From Lepidodermella squamata (taxonomy: Eukaryota; Animalia; Gastrotricha), in assembly GCA_047495785.1 (NCBI GenBank), contig JBLDXI010000020.1:1-64000 (forward strand): a DNA stretch of 64,000 nucleotides, read 5' to 3'. The notes beneath the pieces were generated by a model. The model was not told where the DNA came from and did no database searches. It was given only the letters and a program-made list of their open reading frames with translations. How positions within the stretch are numbered: position 1 is the first letter of the stretch; every line of letters starts with the position of its first letter. Of this stretch, positions 33,720 through 46,943 are shown in pieces. A program made the translations under genes and the position numbers.

Positions 33720-34964
33720 TCAGTAAGGCTTCGATTAAAAGATTTCAGAGATTTCAGCAGAAGCCAGATGGGTTCCGAAGTTCGACAGATTCACCTTCAC
33801 ATCAGATGCTTGCAATAACGCAGCACCGCAGCATAGTAGATAGCAATTAGCCTAAGAAAGCACCATTTTGCAGGAGACAAAAATGGAAAATGATGAACGG
33901 TGCAGAGGATTAGCCAAACAAGATCAGAGGCTGTCAGCACGCCCTTTCCATTGACTGATCGGGTTTTCGCGGTTTGATTGCTGGAACACTCTTTCAACTT
34001 GAAGTAAATCTCTAAATAGAACGCTGCTCGCGGGCAGCTGAAGATGGGTAATTATTCGTAACTAGAAATGGTAGGCAAAACAGTGCAAATATATGATTGG
34101 AAGATATTTCAAATTATTGCTAGACGCTGTCATTGGCAAAGATCAAATAATTAGCAAATGATGGTAAACGAATTAACGCGGGCTGTTGGTCTTAGCGGAA
34201 ATAGCCCATTAGGCAGGACACAATGATATGCAATAAATTATTATGATACAGGTAAGCAAAATGTTGACAAGGCGGCGATACACATAATTCAAATCGGTCA
34301 CTTTTAACGCAACCAAATACAAGAGAGCGACCAGACTCCCGGCATCAGATGTTGTTGTAATTACTTGAATTTCTTCACTTTTAAGCTGCTGATAGATAAG
34401 GCCACTAGAGTGTGAAGATCGCGACGACATCCCTTCATTCAGTAAGAACGATCTAAATGGCAGATTTGATGAGGGAGCGATAAGAGAACAGAATAGAAAA
34501 AATCAGTGCTGCTCGGTTATGTTTTAAAAAGCGCGAAACAAGGTCGCCTGATTTTACATGTCGCTGAGACTGAGTCGAGCTGCATTGCAAAATTGCAACA
34601 CGAGAAATTTCGTCAATATTATTAATGTTATTGCTTTAGTCATTACTTCAGAAGAAACGCAGCAAGCAAGAAATTTCAAGTATTACATACTGGGGCGTGC
34701 TTGTAAGACGACGAGCGAGTGAAGTGTACAAATTTACTGCGCGTGTGTGTTGCGCTCGCAATTTTACAATACACGGCGTATAGTAATAAGGCGCGATATA
34801 AAATCACTAGTAATAATAAAAAATAACATGAGCAGGGGTGTCGACGTGAGGCGCAAGCGATCGAAATGGCGAGCCGGCATCTTGTAGTAGCTACGCCGTC
34901 GCATCGCTTCTGGTTGTATATTTTCTGACCGTGCGCCTGTAGAATGAAATTCGCAATGAATCAC

Positions 34965-35001
<37 letters not shown>
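34965..35001. repeat. (ATT)n microsatellite
   Basis: Direct reading. Confidence 0.9.
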
Positions 35002-38000
35002 GAGGTGAGCGCGCCGCGTTAAAAAAAAGCGGATTATGCTAGTAATATTAATAGCGAGACAGTACTACTTGACGAAAAAGGTGTCGCAAACAACATGGCT
35101 CAGCCAGCCGCACGCCGTACGAAATTGCTTGCACTTGCTTTTTCGCGTGGAAATGTCATGCGCGCCTGTGCCGCGGCGATTTCGCGCTCAGCAGGCATGC
35201 TCGATAGACTTACCGGCGCTGGCGCGTCTTTCGCGAGCGATCGCAGTCCCAGAAAAACTGCAGGCTCCACCAGTCAGCAAATGATAGTGCTATCAAGTCC
35301 ATTCAATGACCAAAAAACATTGCGTTTCGCGAAATAGGATTCGCGGTGAATCGCTGAAAAAGCATGCTCTTATTAATATTAGCTCAGTTTTTGATTTCTA
35401 ACGATACTTATCGATAGTTGTGATCGATAATTAATGATCAGTAAGAAAAGCGTTCCAAAATTGGGTTCGCAGGCAAATAGTTGCAAAATAAAGAATGCAT
35501 CTCGGGCCCACAACAGCTACGGGCGGTTAGATAACGCATAATGGAAAGGGGCGAGCTCCTCGAGAGTCCACATCATCTCTATCTATATTCCGCAATTGCT
35601 CTATAAATTAACTATTTGGAGTCAGCCGCGTTGTAGCCTCAGCTAAACATGAGGGAAAACGAATATATCTTATGGCCGGGTCATGCGTTGCGCGCGAAGT
35701 TGGATATATGGTGCCTCTGTCACTGTGGCGTAATAATTTTACACCGGCTATCGCAGTCTAATATGCCCCCGCGATAAAAAGAAGCATCAAGCGAAAATGA
35801 AGGTGCGATGAGCAGAGAGGGACAATGAGTGGCGATCGATACGTGTGACTATAGGCCAAGAGCAGGCGGCGAAAATTTGTTATCGGCGAGACGCGTATCA
35901 TTGCGCTGACGTCGTTTATCATCTCATCAAAGATCAGCTATGGCTCACCACTACATCCACATTATTATAACCGACAACAAGTAGGCGGCGGCTTGATTAT
36001 GAGTAATATGGATATTAGGTAATTTTATTAATACATAATATTCGCGGTAATAACACGGCGGCGATAATGTCACAGGTCAAGTTTCGGTTTTCAAGTCTAA
36101 AAATAATCCTAATACAAGAAACAAGCTCCCCGCGCGAGAATTTGTACTTCGTGTGGCCAAGCAAAAATGAGGAGAATTTGCCAATTTTACGCTCTTTGCC
36201 GCAATCATCGCTTCTGTGGCACAAAAAGAATGCGACATCGTAGACGAAAAGTTTCTTCGTGTTGAAAAACTGCATTTCATGAAGTGTGTGCGAGTGAAAA
36301 GTCATTAAAAAATGTAAAATGCGTAAAATGCCCGGTTTTGGTTATGCTAAAAATAAAATAATGCACTTTAAAAAACGCCACGTGATAACTCCTCAATAAA
36401 AACGTGAAGACATAATAAAGAAATAAATAATTTCAGAGATTATGAAGCACGGTTTCGTTTATATATCGCAAGTAAGGCTTTAGCTAAAACAATCGTCACA
36501 AACGATATGGATTATCGATTGCTGATGACCAATCGAAGTGAATACATTAGTTAAACTCATTATACGAATATAGCACATGCATGCTAATGAGACACGAGAA
36601 AAATTAGTTCTTCAAATGCGACTGCATAGCGCTAGTGGGGCTTTGGATAAATCCTTTGTATTTCTGCCTATAAACTCACAATATACATCCGGAATCACGG
36701 CAGAAGGGTGTAAGGTGTAAAATATTAGGTCAGGTGTAGGCTGTGAGCATATCGACTACAGGTTTGCCAGGCGAGTGGGTCCGCCTCATACAAAAATGCA
36801 TCACCAGTAATATACAAGACGACGCGCTATTCGCTGGAAACACACACACACATATATATATATATATAAATATAGTACATCAGCGGCGCATGAAAATAAT
36901 GTAATAATTTTATATAATAATAACAACAATAACAATAATCATAATATAATGTGAATTTGCGCTCATTTTTCTTGGCTTGAATGAAGTTTTTCTTCAGTCA
37001 GCGTCGCCGAGCTCTAGCATGTATCGCGCAGCAGTGTTGTGCTTCGGTCGGCATTTGTTCGTTGGCTGAATATAATAAAACCCAGCAGAAATCGCTGCCG
37101 CATCGACATGTTCGCAAGCGCGCGTGCGCCGCCTATAATAGCACAGTGCGAAGTGTAATGCAATAGAAAAGCCGCTCGTGATGCGAAACGGCGCGGCGAT
37201 AATAAAAAAGTCGCAGAGCGGGCGGCATGTAGCAAAAATCGCGTCTAACGACATCCTAAATGCAGGCGATGTCAGGCGCGCGCGCGCAACGTAAGAGAGC
37301 GCGCGCGCACATGAGAATATTGCGGCGGCTGGCGCTGCCGGGCGGCGGCGGCGGCGGCGGCGAATCGGCGGCGCAGTTCGCAGTGCACGTATTACGAGCC
37401 AGGCGACGCCGCATTTTTGCTGCCAGCAGCACACAAATATCGGCGCTGGACTATCGAAAGTACTGCGCGCGGTATTGCCAAAGACGTTAGCGCCGCGCAA
37501 AATAGTAATAGAAATAAAAATAATAATAAATAATAACGTCATAAATGTGCAGTATAAATATTATAGAAATATTTCTTATTGGCTCGCAGGCTCGTAGGCG
37601 CGTGCTCTTCGTTATCGGCACGCAAAAGCGCACACAGCCGGCAGGCGCGCAAGCGCCGACGGATAGTGAGCGAACCTAGGACGACCGAGTCGCAAATGGC
37701 CGCCGCCGCCGACGACGAAGATGACGACGACGACGAAAAGGACAAGGAATTCGGCAATGCGGCCACGAGCTGTCTTATTGATTTTCGGATCTGCGCAAGA
37801 CTTTCCTCGTAGTTGTGCTGAGCACGTTAAGCGTCCCAGAGTGTTTGCGAGTCTTCGAAGGTCGTCGTCGCCACGTTCCTTCTGTTAATAGGTGATGGTC
37901 CATCGTGCTGCACTTCCTAACTATCACTTATCGGTTTTTAAATATCTGGCCAATGTAGGTCGTTACAGGCTTTTACTAGCAGACTCCCCTTTCTGCGAAA

Positions 38001-39422
38001 TTTTGTAATCTACTTATAACTTGGACCTGGAAACCGTCGACCAGCATCCGAAGCGTATAAATTAATTTTTCCATGGCCATAGCTTTTCATGATTTTCAGT
38101 TGGGATTCGATATACTTTGAGGACGGATCACTTGAAGGAAGAAACCAGAACGACGTGATGATTAGTAACGCGAATTTATAAACCACATCCAATTTGAAAA
38201 AGAAACGCATTGTCTCATTTCCGACGTTATTTGATACACACTTCAGTGAGTGTGCTAAAAAACTAGCACGTAGAAAAAAGTAGAAGTACTTTCGAAGTAC
38301 AACTTTTGGAAGTTTTATAAGTGTACACCCTAGACAGAAGCTATTTATCTATTTGAAAGCTTTATGCCCAAGAGATGACAACTAAAACGTTAGCTATGGA
38401 AAAAAGACATAATTACATGTCATGTTCAGAAATTAGGACTGAAAAAGGGAGAAATTATAGGTTAGGTTATAGATGTCAACAAGAGTAATATAACGTTCTA
38501 ATAAGTTCAAACATAACGGTTTCCAATTCTTTGACAGTGGCAATAATTTCTGCTTTCTGATGATTGGATGTTAATACTGTTGCCCTGCCGCCATCGAAGA
38601 GGATTGTGTAATTTAGGTCAAAAGCATAATAATTCTGCAATAAAGGACGGCGCCAAACTTGTGCGCCAAGAAGAACATGTGTAAAATTTACTTTCATAAA
38701 ATTACATTATTTGTTGACAGCTGAAAGCAAGAAAAATCCAAGGAAACGGAAGAAATGAAAGATCCTCAAGCTAGCGTGTAAAATGGAGCTGCGAGAGTGG
38801 CAGCTTTAGCTGAGTTTTCGGAGACGTTACCCAAAGTTGGGTCGAGACGCAGCATTTCCAAAAGAATTTCACCCTTGGACGAGTGAGCCATTGGAATAAA
38901 TAATAATGTCGTGTAATGTTTCCAGCCATATCGCGTTCGGAATCGCAGCTGCTGAAAATAGCATTTCTTGTTGCTCGGATCCACCTCAAATAATCTTTGT
39001 CATGAAAATTTAGATTGGTTCGGGTCACGAACTGAAACGATGGGGGAAACAAAAATCAAAACTGAGAGAAGAATTTCGATGTCCTGTGATACTAAAATTA
39101 GGTCGCAACAAATTGAGTGAAGGGGTAGAATACGGTTGGAGAATCGAGTGAAAGGATGCAAGAAGGGTGGATAAAAATTTCGCAGCTTGTACCCAGAGGT
39201 ACGCCAGTTTTTACCGCTCGATGATAATTATTCATACACACATTTGAGAATTGATTTCAAATAGCACGAAACGCGCACATTGAATGGCAAACAATCATTA
39301 TAATATCATCATCATCACCAGCAGCAGCATAATATTTAACATATTATAGGGCAGCGATTTCGAACAGCCAGCCGCGGCCCATCATCGTCATCATCGACGG
39401 CGATGCGCTGCTACGATAATAC

Positions 39423-39426
<4 letters not shown>

Positions 39427-39456
<30 letters not shown>
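39427..39456. repeat. (AT)n microsatellite
   Basis: Direct reading. Confidence 0.9.
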
Positions 39457-39458
<2 letters not shown>

Positions 39459-42400
39459 CGATGTCTGGAGCGCCCGATGAGGCACGTAAAATGTTTTCAG
39501 TGGGCAAAACATATTGCCCGATAGCACAATTATTTGTGCATTATTATGTTGTAATGTGAATACGCCTATAACAAAGTATTCCTACACGCAATATTTGAAT
39601 GCAGTACTATCAGTTGCTTGGTGAATAGCCATTTTTGTAGGCATAAAATACATCATTATGAATTTTCCTGTTATAGAATGAAGCCGATTTATATGAGAAC
39701 GAATAACAAGTATAGGTAAAGGTAATATTAATATTAGCCCATTTAACAAAATTCACACAATTATTATTATTATTCGTACATGGTAGATAGATAGATATAT
39801 AGATATCTAGAGAATGTGGAGGCATCGTGGCAAAAAGGCCGCAACATTGCCATACCAGCTACGAGAGCCGCAGCGATTTTTCCATGTTATGCTTGGCTGA
39901 TGTGCAAGCGGTTATTTACCAAACTATACAGAAGTGTGATAAAAATACAGCCTTTTTATTGGCACATCGCTCAAATTTCGCCAGTCCTCCAAGAGTAAAC
40001 AAACACAGATTCGCGATTTCAACAACAGCAGATGCGAATCGATCATTGAACGTCAGTTGTGAGATACGTGTGATCTTCCCTGCTGAATTCCTCATGAATT
40101 TGCAAAAGCGCGTACCCAGAATTTATTATGACTGAAATATAAGGTAACGGAGTCTTGTAAAAACAGAGCGGTTTTATGAACTTTACAAGCCCATCCCTTC
40201 TTTATTCCGAGGGAGCAAAATAAAGGAAAACAACGAAGCGCCTCACTAGGCAAGTTCATAAACTTCATAAAATTGATATAAACTATCGACTCTTAATCTA
40301 TGCGGAGAAATGCTGGCTGATAATACTTCGCATATTATATTTGACGGGCACGCGGCCAAAGCGAGGCATGTGGCAGACGTATGGCGGCTTTTTAGCGCTA
40401 ACTGCCGATACGAAAATGCGGGTAACAAACGGCAATATTGCTTGTGGAATTTATTATATATACCCACTATAGCAAACACTAAACTAATTGTGCGGAAAAT
40501 CGTATCTGAATCGCCAAACGCTTTAAAATTTGCCGCACTTGATGGGCGAAAAAATGTGATAATATGTGGTATAAACTTTGTGATGCTCTCCATTCGCGCA
40601 ATTTTTATTATTTTAAAGCGCTAAATAAGCAATCCGCAAGGGGTGATGTTCCACTGCCGCGAAAATAATGGCTTTCATGCTAACATTACCGCATTAAAAT
40701 GGAGAGACATCGAAGAATAGGAAAATAACACATTCGAAATATGTATGTAGTTCAATGCACCACAAAGCCCGATCGATTGGCTATTAGATGAAAATTCGGA
40801 AAAAATAATTCCAAATGACGTCAGAAAGCCAGCACATCACTTGTTAGAACGTTCTATTAAAACTCATACAACATCAATCTTTATAGCTTATAGCTCTTCT
40901 CTGAAAGGACAGTGAGAATTGAAAAATCCTTGTAGATAGACATCCCTCTAGATAAGGCAGTAAACGCCCCAAACACCTACGGTAACCAGCTACCTCATTT
41001 TGCGCAAATTTCAACGAAAAGCGTCGCCTGAAATTGAGCATATTTTGTAAAAATAGAGATACCGTATCCTTGTCTCGTCAACACACAGTTAATGACTACA
41101 TGCGTTTCGAAAAAAAAAGATTTTAACAGTAGTAAGCATTCAAGCGCTAGAACGCAAATTTACCGATAAGCTTTCAATTAAGAAAATATGAACTACGAGC
41201 ATTCACAAACACGAGAAAATTATTTTCAAACGCCATCACCAAAGATTGAGTAAGTAACAAATTATGATCTGGTCTGCGTTCACCAGTTGAAAGCTGCAAA
41301 ATGGCAATAATCGTCTCGCTGTTTTCGTTGACGCCGACATGCTGGGCATATATGTGGCTGCAATATACGTAGTGTAGCAAATACATAGTTACGCAGTGAA
41401 TTGATCATTCGCTGTTTCCCCGCGGAATCGCGCGGTTATTTTAAAAGATAATACTCAAGGTGGGCGAAGTAGGTACCAACGGTAGCGGAGCATGAAAGCA
41501 ATAATGTTATTCTACGCAGCCAGGAACCGCACCGCATTGTATATTTAATAGGAGCCCACTCGTTCTTGGCCTTGTGTTTTCCATTAACTCATTTCACTTG
41601 AACCCGTACACGCTGCTTACCTACTTCTTGACGTAAGCATAGGGCTGCCGATTCTTCACCCCCTCTCTCTTCCCTTCCGATTTTATTACTTACCATGTGC
41701 TTGAAGTAAACATTTGGCAGTTTTTTCCACAAATATAAGTTAATCTGGCAATCTGCTAAAGAATGCTAGAGAATCAGGACGAGGAAAAATAAATTTTGGT
41801 TTACGTTTACACACAGAGGAAGATTCTGGATCAGATGGATCAAACGTACCTGTAAGTTCTATCAAAATAGGACTTACCAAGGAACGCTTAGTTACGACTC
41901 TCTAACGGAGATGGAAAGAAAATGAAGACTTGACTTCTATCGCAGCGCAAAAGAAGCAGCATTCGGCTCCGCTAATAATGAAGTGAACAAGAATTTCTTT
42001 GAAAATAAGCAAATAAGTATCTAATGATTGGTGCACGCCAAACATAACTCCTCATTATTTAAAAATTACCGAAGCATAACTTTGCTCGGTGTAGCTCTTT
42101 CACTACCTTGTTATACTCGAACGAAAATTGCGCTCAACTTCAGGCAGGAAAAGTCCACTTCTGCTTCCAGGAACTGAACATGACGTTTACGTTTATAAAC
42201 GAGGAGTATAAATATACCTATGATATGTTTTCTCAAATAAAATAATAAAAATTAATGTAATTAGTAAGTACGTTTTCTTGCAGCTTCGAAGTCCGTTGCC
42301 TAATATAATGCATAGGTATGTACATAAACGCGATCAAATTAAACAAAATTTATTCAAAAATTTCAGATATTTTATCAACGTTCGTATCAATTAATTGTTC

Positions 42401-43106
42401 GCACAGACAGACAAGTTTAGATAGTATGAATATTGTACCATGAGACACGCAAATTGAAGCAAGGGTTTACCTAGCAAATAACGAGACTTTCTTCAATGCT
42501 CTTTGATGACACCCATTTTACGTAACATCGAGACGAAATGAGTAACGAGTGACAACAAAACATGGAGCCCTCTATATGCAAGTCACGTGTCTCTTATTGG
42601 CGCACTCAGCTGTATAGGCTTCGCGGACTCAGATCATAAGTGGCAATCCAAGACTAGGATAGGATGTATAGGTAAAAGCCTCAAAACAAGCAGGCTGATA
42701 TTTTTGTATCCTTTCAAGAGTTAGGTATATACTTATGGAGATTCAGAATCTAAGAAGAGAAAATTCGGTATGCCAAGAGTCTCGACATGCCCATAGTTAT
42801 AATCAATAAAATTGCCCATGAATTTGCCCATAAATTAGCAATCATCTAGGTACTTAGATGATTGATAAAAATATTGATCATATTATGTAAGAGAAAAAAA
42901 TGACAAGATTCATCTGACTTGGTAGCACATGAAATTGTTTTTCGCGTGAGATAAAGTACAAAAGGCGCGGTATCAAATTAGGATGAATTGTGAACGTGAA
43001 ATTCCTGAAGTGGCTAATGACAAATGACAAGACCAGAGTTTTATCGCTTATCACTAATGTAAAAAAATCAATCAGGCGATTCGAGAATCGTTGTTGAAGT
43101 CAGCTT

Positions 43107-44185
43107 TTAAAACACTTCATAGTGTTCCTGCCTCCGGCATACCAAGCATGAAACAGCTATCAATGCGATGACCTGGATGAACGCAAAAGCGAGGCCAACT
43201 CCCTGGAATAGCAAAAGAAAAACACACACAGTTGGGCAGCTGTGGTCAACAATTTCAAACAACGCTCACCCCAATGAGATTCAAGTTGCCGAAAAATTTA
43301 TCGTGAAGCTCTGAACTACAGCCCTTGATGTGGTGATTGAAAACAATCTTTTCGTTGCATTTTTCAGCTATTGTTAGGTTGAAACTGCAGCAACTCGGCG
43401 GGATTGACAAGTTCATAACGGCCCAATCCGAAGCATTATTGTAACCGCAGCAACCAAAGTAACTCTGAATCCTGCAATCAAATTATTTATGTCACAAGGG
43501 ATATGAACGTGGAATGAATTCGATTATACGTACCAATCGATTTCTTTAGCTACGATAGAAGAGTTGTTGTATTCTTTCATAAACTCATGAAATTCGAATT
43601 GAACAGCTTCTTCGAACTACACATGATACCAGAAATGATCTTTCGAATTAAATGTGATAACAAAATCTGCAAAACTCACCTTGGAACGGCGAGCAAGTGC
43701 AAGTGAAGCTCCGACGATTTCAAGTACAAACAAAGCTCCAGATAGGACGAAGAACACGGCAAGAGCGCACTTGCTCTCTGCGATGGATGAAAATACCATT
43801 TATCTTACATTTAATGTCAACGCCTAGAGTAACCCACCTTTCACAGCTCCGCAAATGCCGACTATTGCCAGGATCATCTAATCAATTCCACGACGAATGA
43901 ATTTTAGCATGTGTGATGCAATCAAAAGTGGTCATTTTACCAAAAAAACACCGGCAGAAATCAAAATCGAAGCAGGAACCAAAGTCATGGTATTATGCGC
44001 GAGCTGTTTCACGTTGCCTACGGAGACGAAGACTCCAACGCCAGCTGCCATGAGAATAACCGCGGCAGTCTGGCAGATGAAAAAACAACATCGTTCGCAG
44101 TGGCAGAAGAAATTAGATAAAACCTTACCAACTGCAGCAACGCAAGAAAAATAATGCACGTTTTGTAACCGCACTTGCAACTCAT
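43107..44185 (-). CDS. Tetraspanin (multi-exon)
   Basis: Four hydrophobic segments, GICGA, LEIVG, large loop with CCG (GCCGYNNASDW), PPSCC and GC, C-terminal YEVF sorting motif. Confidence 0.85.
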
Positions 44186-44496
44186 TTTTTATATAACAAA
44201 TCTAAATCCTAATCTCATCGAGGGCAGAAATTGATGAAGTTCTGATGCATTTTAAAAATTTTAAAGAAAATATTCGCGAGGATTTTAAATGTTGTTTACA
44301 TTTGCAGATCTGTGCAAGCGAACTGTCGGCCTTGCAATTACTAGACCTAGGCTAGCCGAACTCTAGATTTGTCGCGATGCTGTAGTCCGCAAAAATTACG
44401 GACGAGACGCGGGCTGCCGACATTCCTAGACTGTTGAAAACTTATTTCAAGTTCATATGCTCGAGAGGTTTTCTCTCCATTGATGGATGCGATCGA

Positions 44497-45112
44497 ACCG
44501 TTTCAGATTCCAGACGCTATGAAATGCTTCCCAAGCAACTGCTTCCCAATCACTGCTCTAGAAGCAAAGTGCTTCCCAAGCAGGTAAATAAACATGGCGT
44601 AACAATCACTGCTTCAGAAGCAGTTGCTTCCAAAGCAAATGCTTCCCAAGCAGAGTTTCGCGACTTTTCACCGCTGAGCCACAAAAGTAATAAGTAATAG
44701 GAAATCGCAAGTAAAGCCGAAAATTGGATTGTTAAATTCTGAGCTAATGCTTCTCGATCAAACTCATCCTTCGCCCTGGGTCCTAGCCGCCCCCCATTCA
44801 GATGTGAAATAAAACATATTTTTCATTAGCTTTTTATGTTACCGTTGAATTCCTTGATCGATCGGTTGATTGATCATGCAACGGATCCTTGCTCCGTGTG
44901 GCCTACAACCCGCGGTAACAGGGCTAAATAGTGAATTTCTTAAAAATTCAGCTTGCTTGAAAAGTAGTGCTTCCCAATCAATTGCTTGGGAATCAGTTGA
45001 TTGGGAAGCAATGCTTGAGGCGCAGTGCTCTGTAAGCGTGCTGCTTGGGAAGCAGTTGCTTTGGAAGCAATTGCTTGGGTAGCATTTCATAGCGTCTGGA
45101 ATCTGAAACGGC
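44497..45112. mobile_element. Non-autonomous foldback/MITE-like DNA transposon
   Basis: TIR CCGTTTCAGATTCCAGACGCTATGAAATGCT at both ends; internal TGCTTCCCAAGCA subrepeats; flanking GCGATCGA duplication (44489-44496, 45113-45120). Confidence 0.82.
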
Positions 45113-45908
45113 GCGATCGAGAGAACTTGTAAGAAGACTATGGATGTTCGCTCAAAACCCGCTCAAAAAATTTCAGCGGGACTAGTCACAAAATTACACA
45201 AATACCTTGAAACGTGAATAAAACGGTACTTCTTCTGTATAAGCTCTTGTTCTCAGACCTGGAGGCAATCGCTCAGGCAATCGCAACTAAATACGCAAAC
45301 CACAGGCTACTTGTCGCTCATCGACCTCGCGACGCCGTCTCCGACTATTTCTTAAAAAGCCAGCCCATCGAACTTGCGAGGATTCTGCTTTAAACTCTCC
45401 CGATTTCCATTCGGGCGAAGCGAGCATGTCCGAGCGAAATTCGGACAAAAGATTTCAGTTTTATTGCTATTGCTATTGCTATTTGTTCACTTTCAACAAT
45501 TATGAAAGGACCGACGATATAGCGCGACACATATCCACCAGATATTTTATTATTTATGCAAATTGCAAAATTAATTTTTAAAACTCTAAAAATATTAGAA
45601 TTTGAATCTTTTAAAGTATTCTTCGATATTTGTTTGCCGCGTGACTTCAGCCCCAACTTTCTTCTTGATCTTTTCTCATCTTCGGCATGTCCATCTCGAT
45701 AATCGTTGTACGCGTTAGTGCGCTGGAGCAGCGTTGTCGCCTGCCCAGTCCACCCTCGCATTTGCAAGCCGTCCAGTGCCGGTATGTTGAGTCGCGATTC
45801 TGCGTCACAGATTATGGAGATTCGCGTGTCAACGAGCTACTTCTACCATTCAGCCGCTTTGCCGACAACAAAAAGATCGGTCTAAACGTGAAAGAGGTCG
45901 CTGTCCGA

Positions 45909-46940
45909 ATGGGCAAGGCCGAAGAAGCGATCGAAAACCTACCTTTCTCGATGATGCAAGCGTTTAATCACCTCATCACGAAAAAAGTTGGTCAGATTCT
46001 GGAAGAACGGCTACCAGGCATGATATCAGACTTGAGGCGAGAAGGTGGTCTTTTAGATCCCTCACAGGACACCAACCCGTTCCCAGAAGAGCGCCTCATT
46101 GCGCTGAAAGCCGATCTTCACAATGTTGCACAGACGGCCGCCAGCGAAACACACGAGTTGCTCGAATCGCAGATCGCCGGACTGAACAACCAAATCAAGG
46201 AATGCAAAGGGTTGATCGAACAGCTGAGGAGAGAAGATCAAATAACGCTCAGCCAGGGCGTTGACATGCTGGACGGTACTGAACCGGGCCGGCGTTCCTA
46301 CTCCGACGTGACTCGACTTGCTAGCGAGTTGGAATGTATGAAGCGAGATATTAACGCGACGATGGTCGAAAACATGAAGGCGAAGGCTAATTTCGAAAAA
46401 GACAGCCACAAGGGTTCGTATGTTCTGACAGGCATCCCTGAAGCAAAAGGCGAGACAGGCGACCAACTGCTGAACTGCATCTTGAACGCTGTGAAATCGC
46501 TACACCAGCCAGATGTTGGATCCGCCATCAGACAGGGAAGACCGTCCCCAGCAGCCCGGCCGATTCTATTCCAGCTGACGGAAGAGGGCCACGATAAGAT
46601 GAAACGGAAGCTTAAAGACGTACAAGCCCAGCTCCCAGCTGGGGCTCGCATCAGACCCTGGCTCTCCTTTGATCTACATCGACGAGAACAAGAGCTCAAA
46701 ATCCGAGGACGAACGATGAAATCCGCCGGGCTGGTAGACTACTTCCAGATTCGAGGTGGCTTGCTGAGAGGCATCAAGAACATCGAGACTGTTAGTCGGA
46801 TCGAGGCTCATTACGAGGGAGCATTCTTGAAAGTCAACGAGGTGACAGCGTCTGACTGGGAAAAGTTCGACAAAAGGTTCCCCGAAGTATCACCCCTTCG
46901 TGTTCGTGCTCCGAATCAAGCGGCTGGCGGGCAGCATTAG
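45909..46940 (+). CDS. LINE ORF1 (coiled coil plus L1-ORF1-like RRM)
   Basis: Heptad-rich region followed by VLTGIPE..GE and R.GR....RPILFQL; first ATG inside the element. Confidence 0.72.
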   Translation: MGKAEEAIENLPFSMMQAFNHLITKKVGQILEERLPGMISDLRREGGLLDPSQDTNPFPEERLIALKADLHNVAQTAASETHELLESQIAGLNNQIKECKGLIEQLRREDQITLSQGVDMLDGTEPGRRSYSDVTRLASELECMKRDINATMVENMKAKANFEKDSHKGSYVLTGIPEAKGETGDQLLNCILNAVKSLHQPDVGSAIRQGRPSPAARPILFQLTEEGHDKMKRKLKDVQAQLPAGARIRPWLSFDLHRREQELKIRGRTMKSAGLVDYFQIRGGLLRGIKNIETVSRIEAHYEGAFLKVNEVTASDWEKFDKRFPEVSPLRVRAPNQAAGGQH

Positions 46941-46943
46941 GTT

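Noticed and set aside
34000-42900. Many 60-180 aa ORFs upstream of Shaw
   Set aside because: Low complexity, no recognisable domains or consistent exon structure; probably UTR, intron or intergenic DNA. 38476-39052 could be an unrecognised exon but cannot be supported.
45687-45908. N-terminal part of the 417-aa ORF
   Set aside because: It starts in the duplicated target site outside the LINE, so the fusion is fortuitous.
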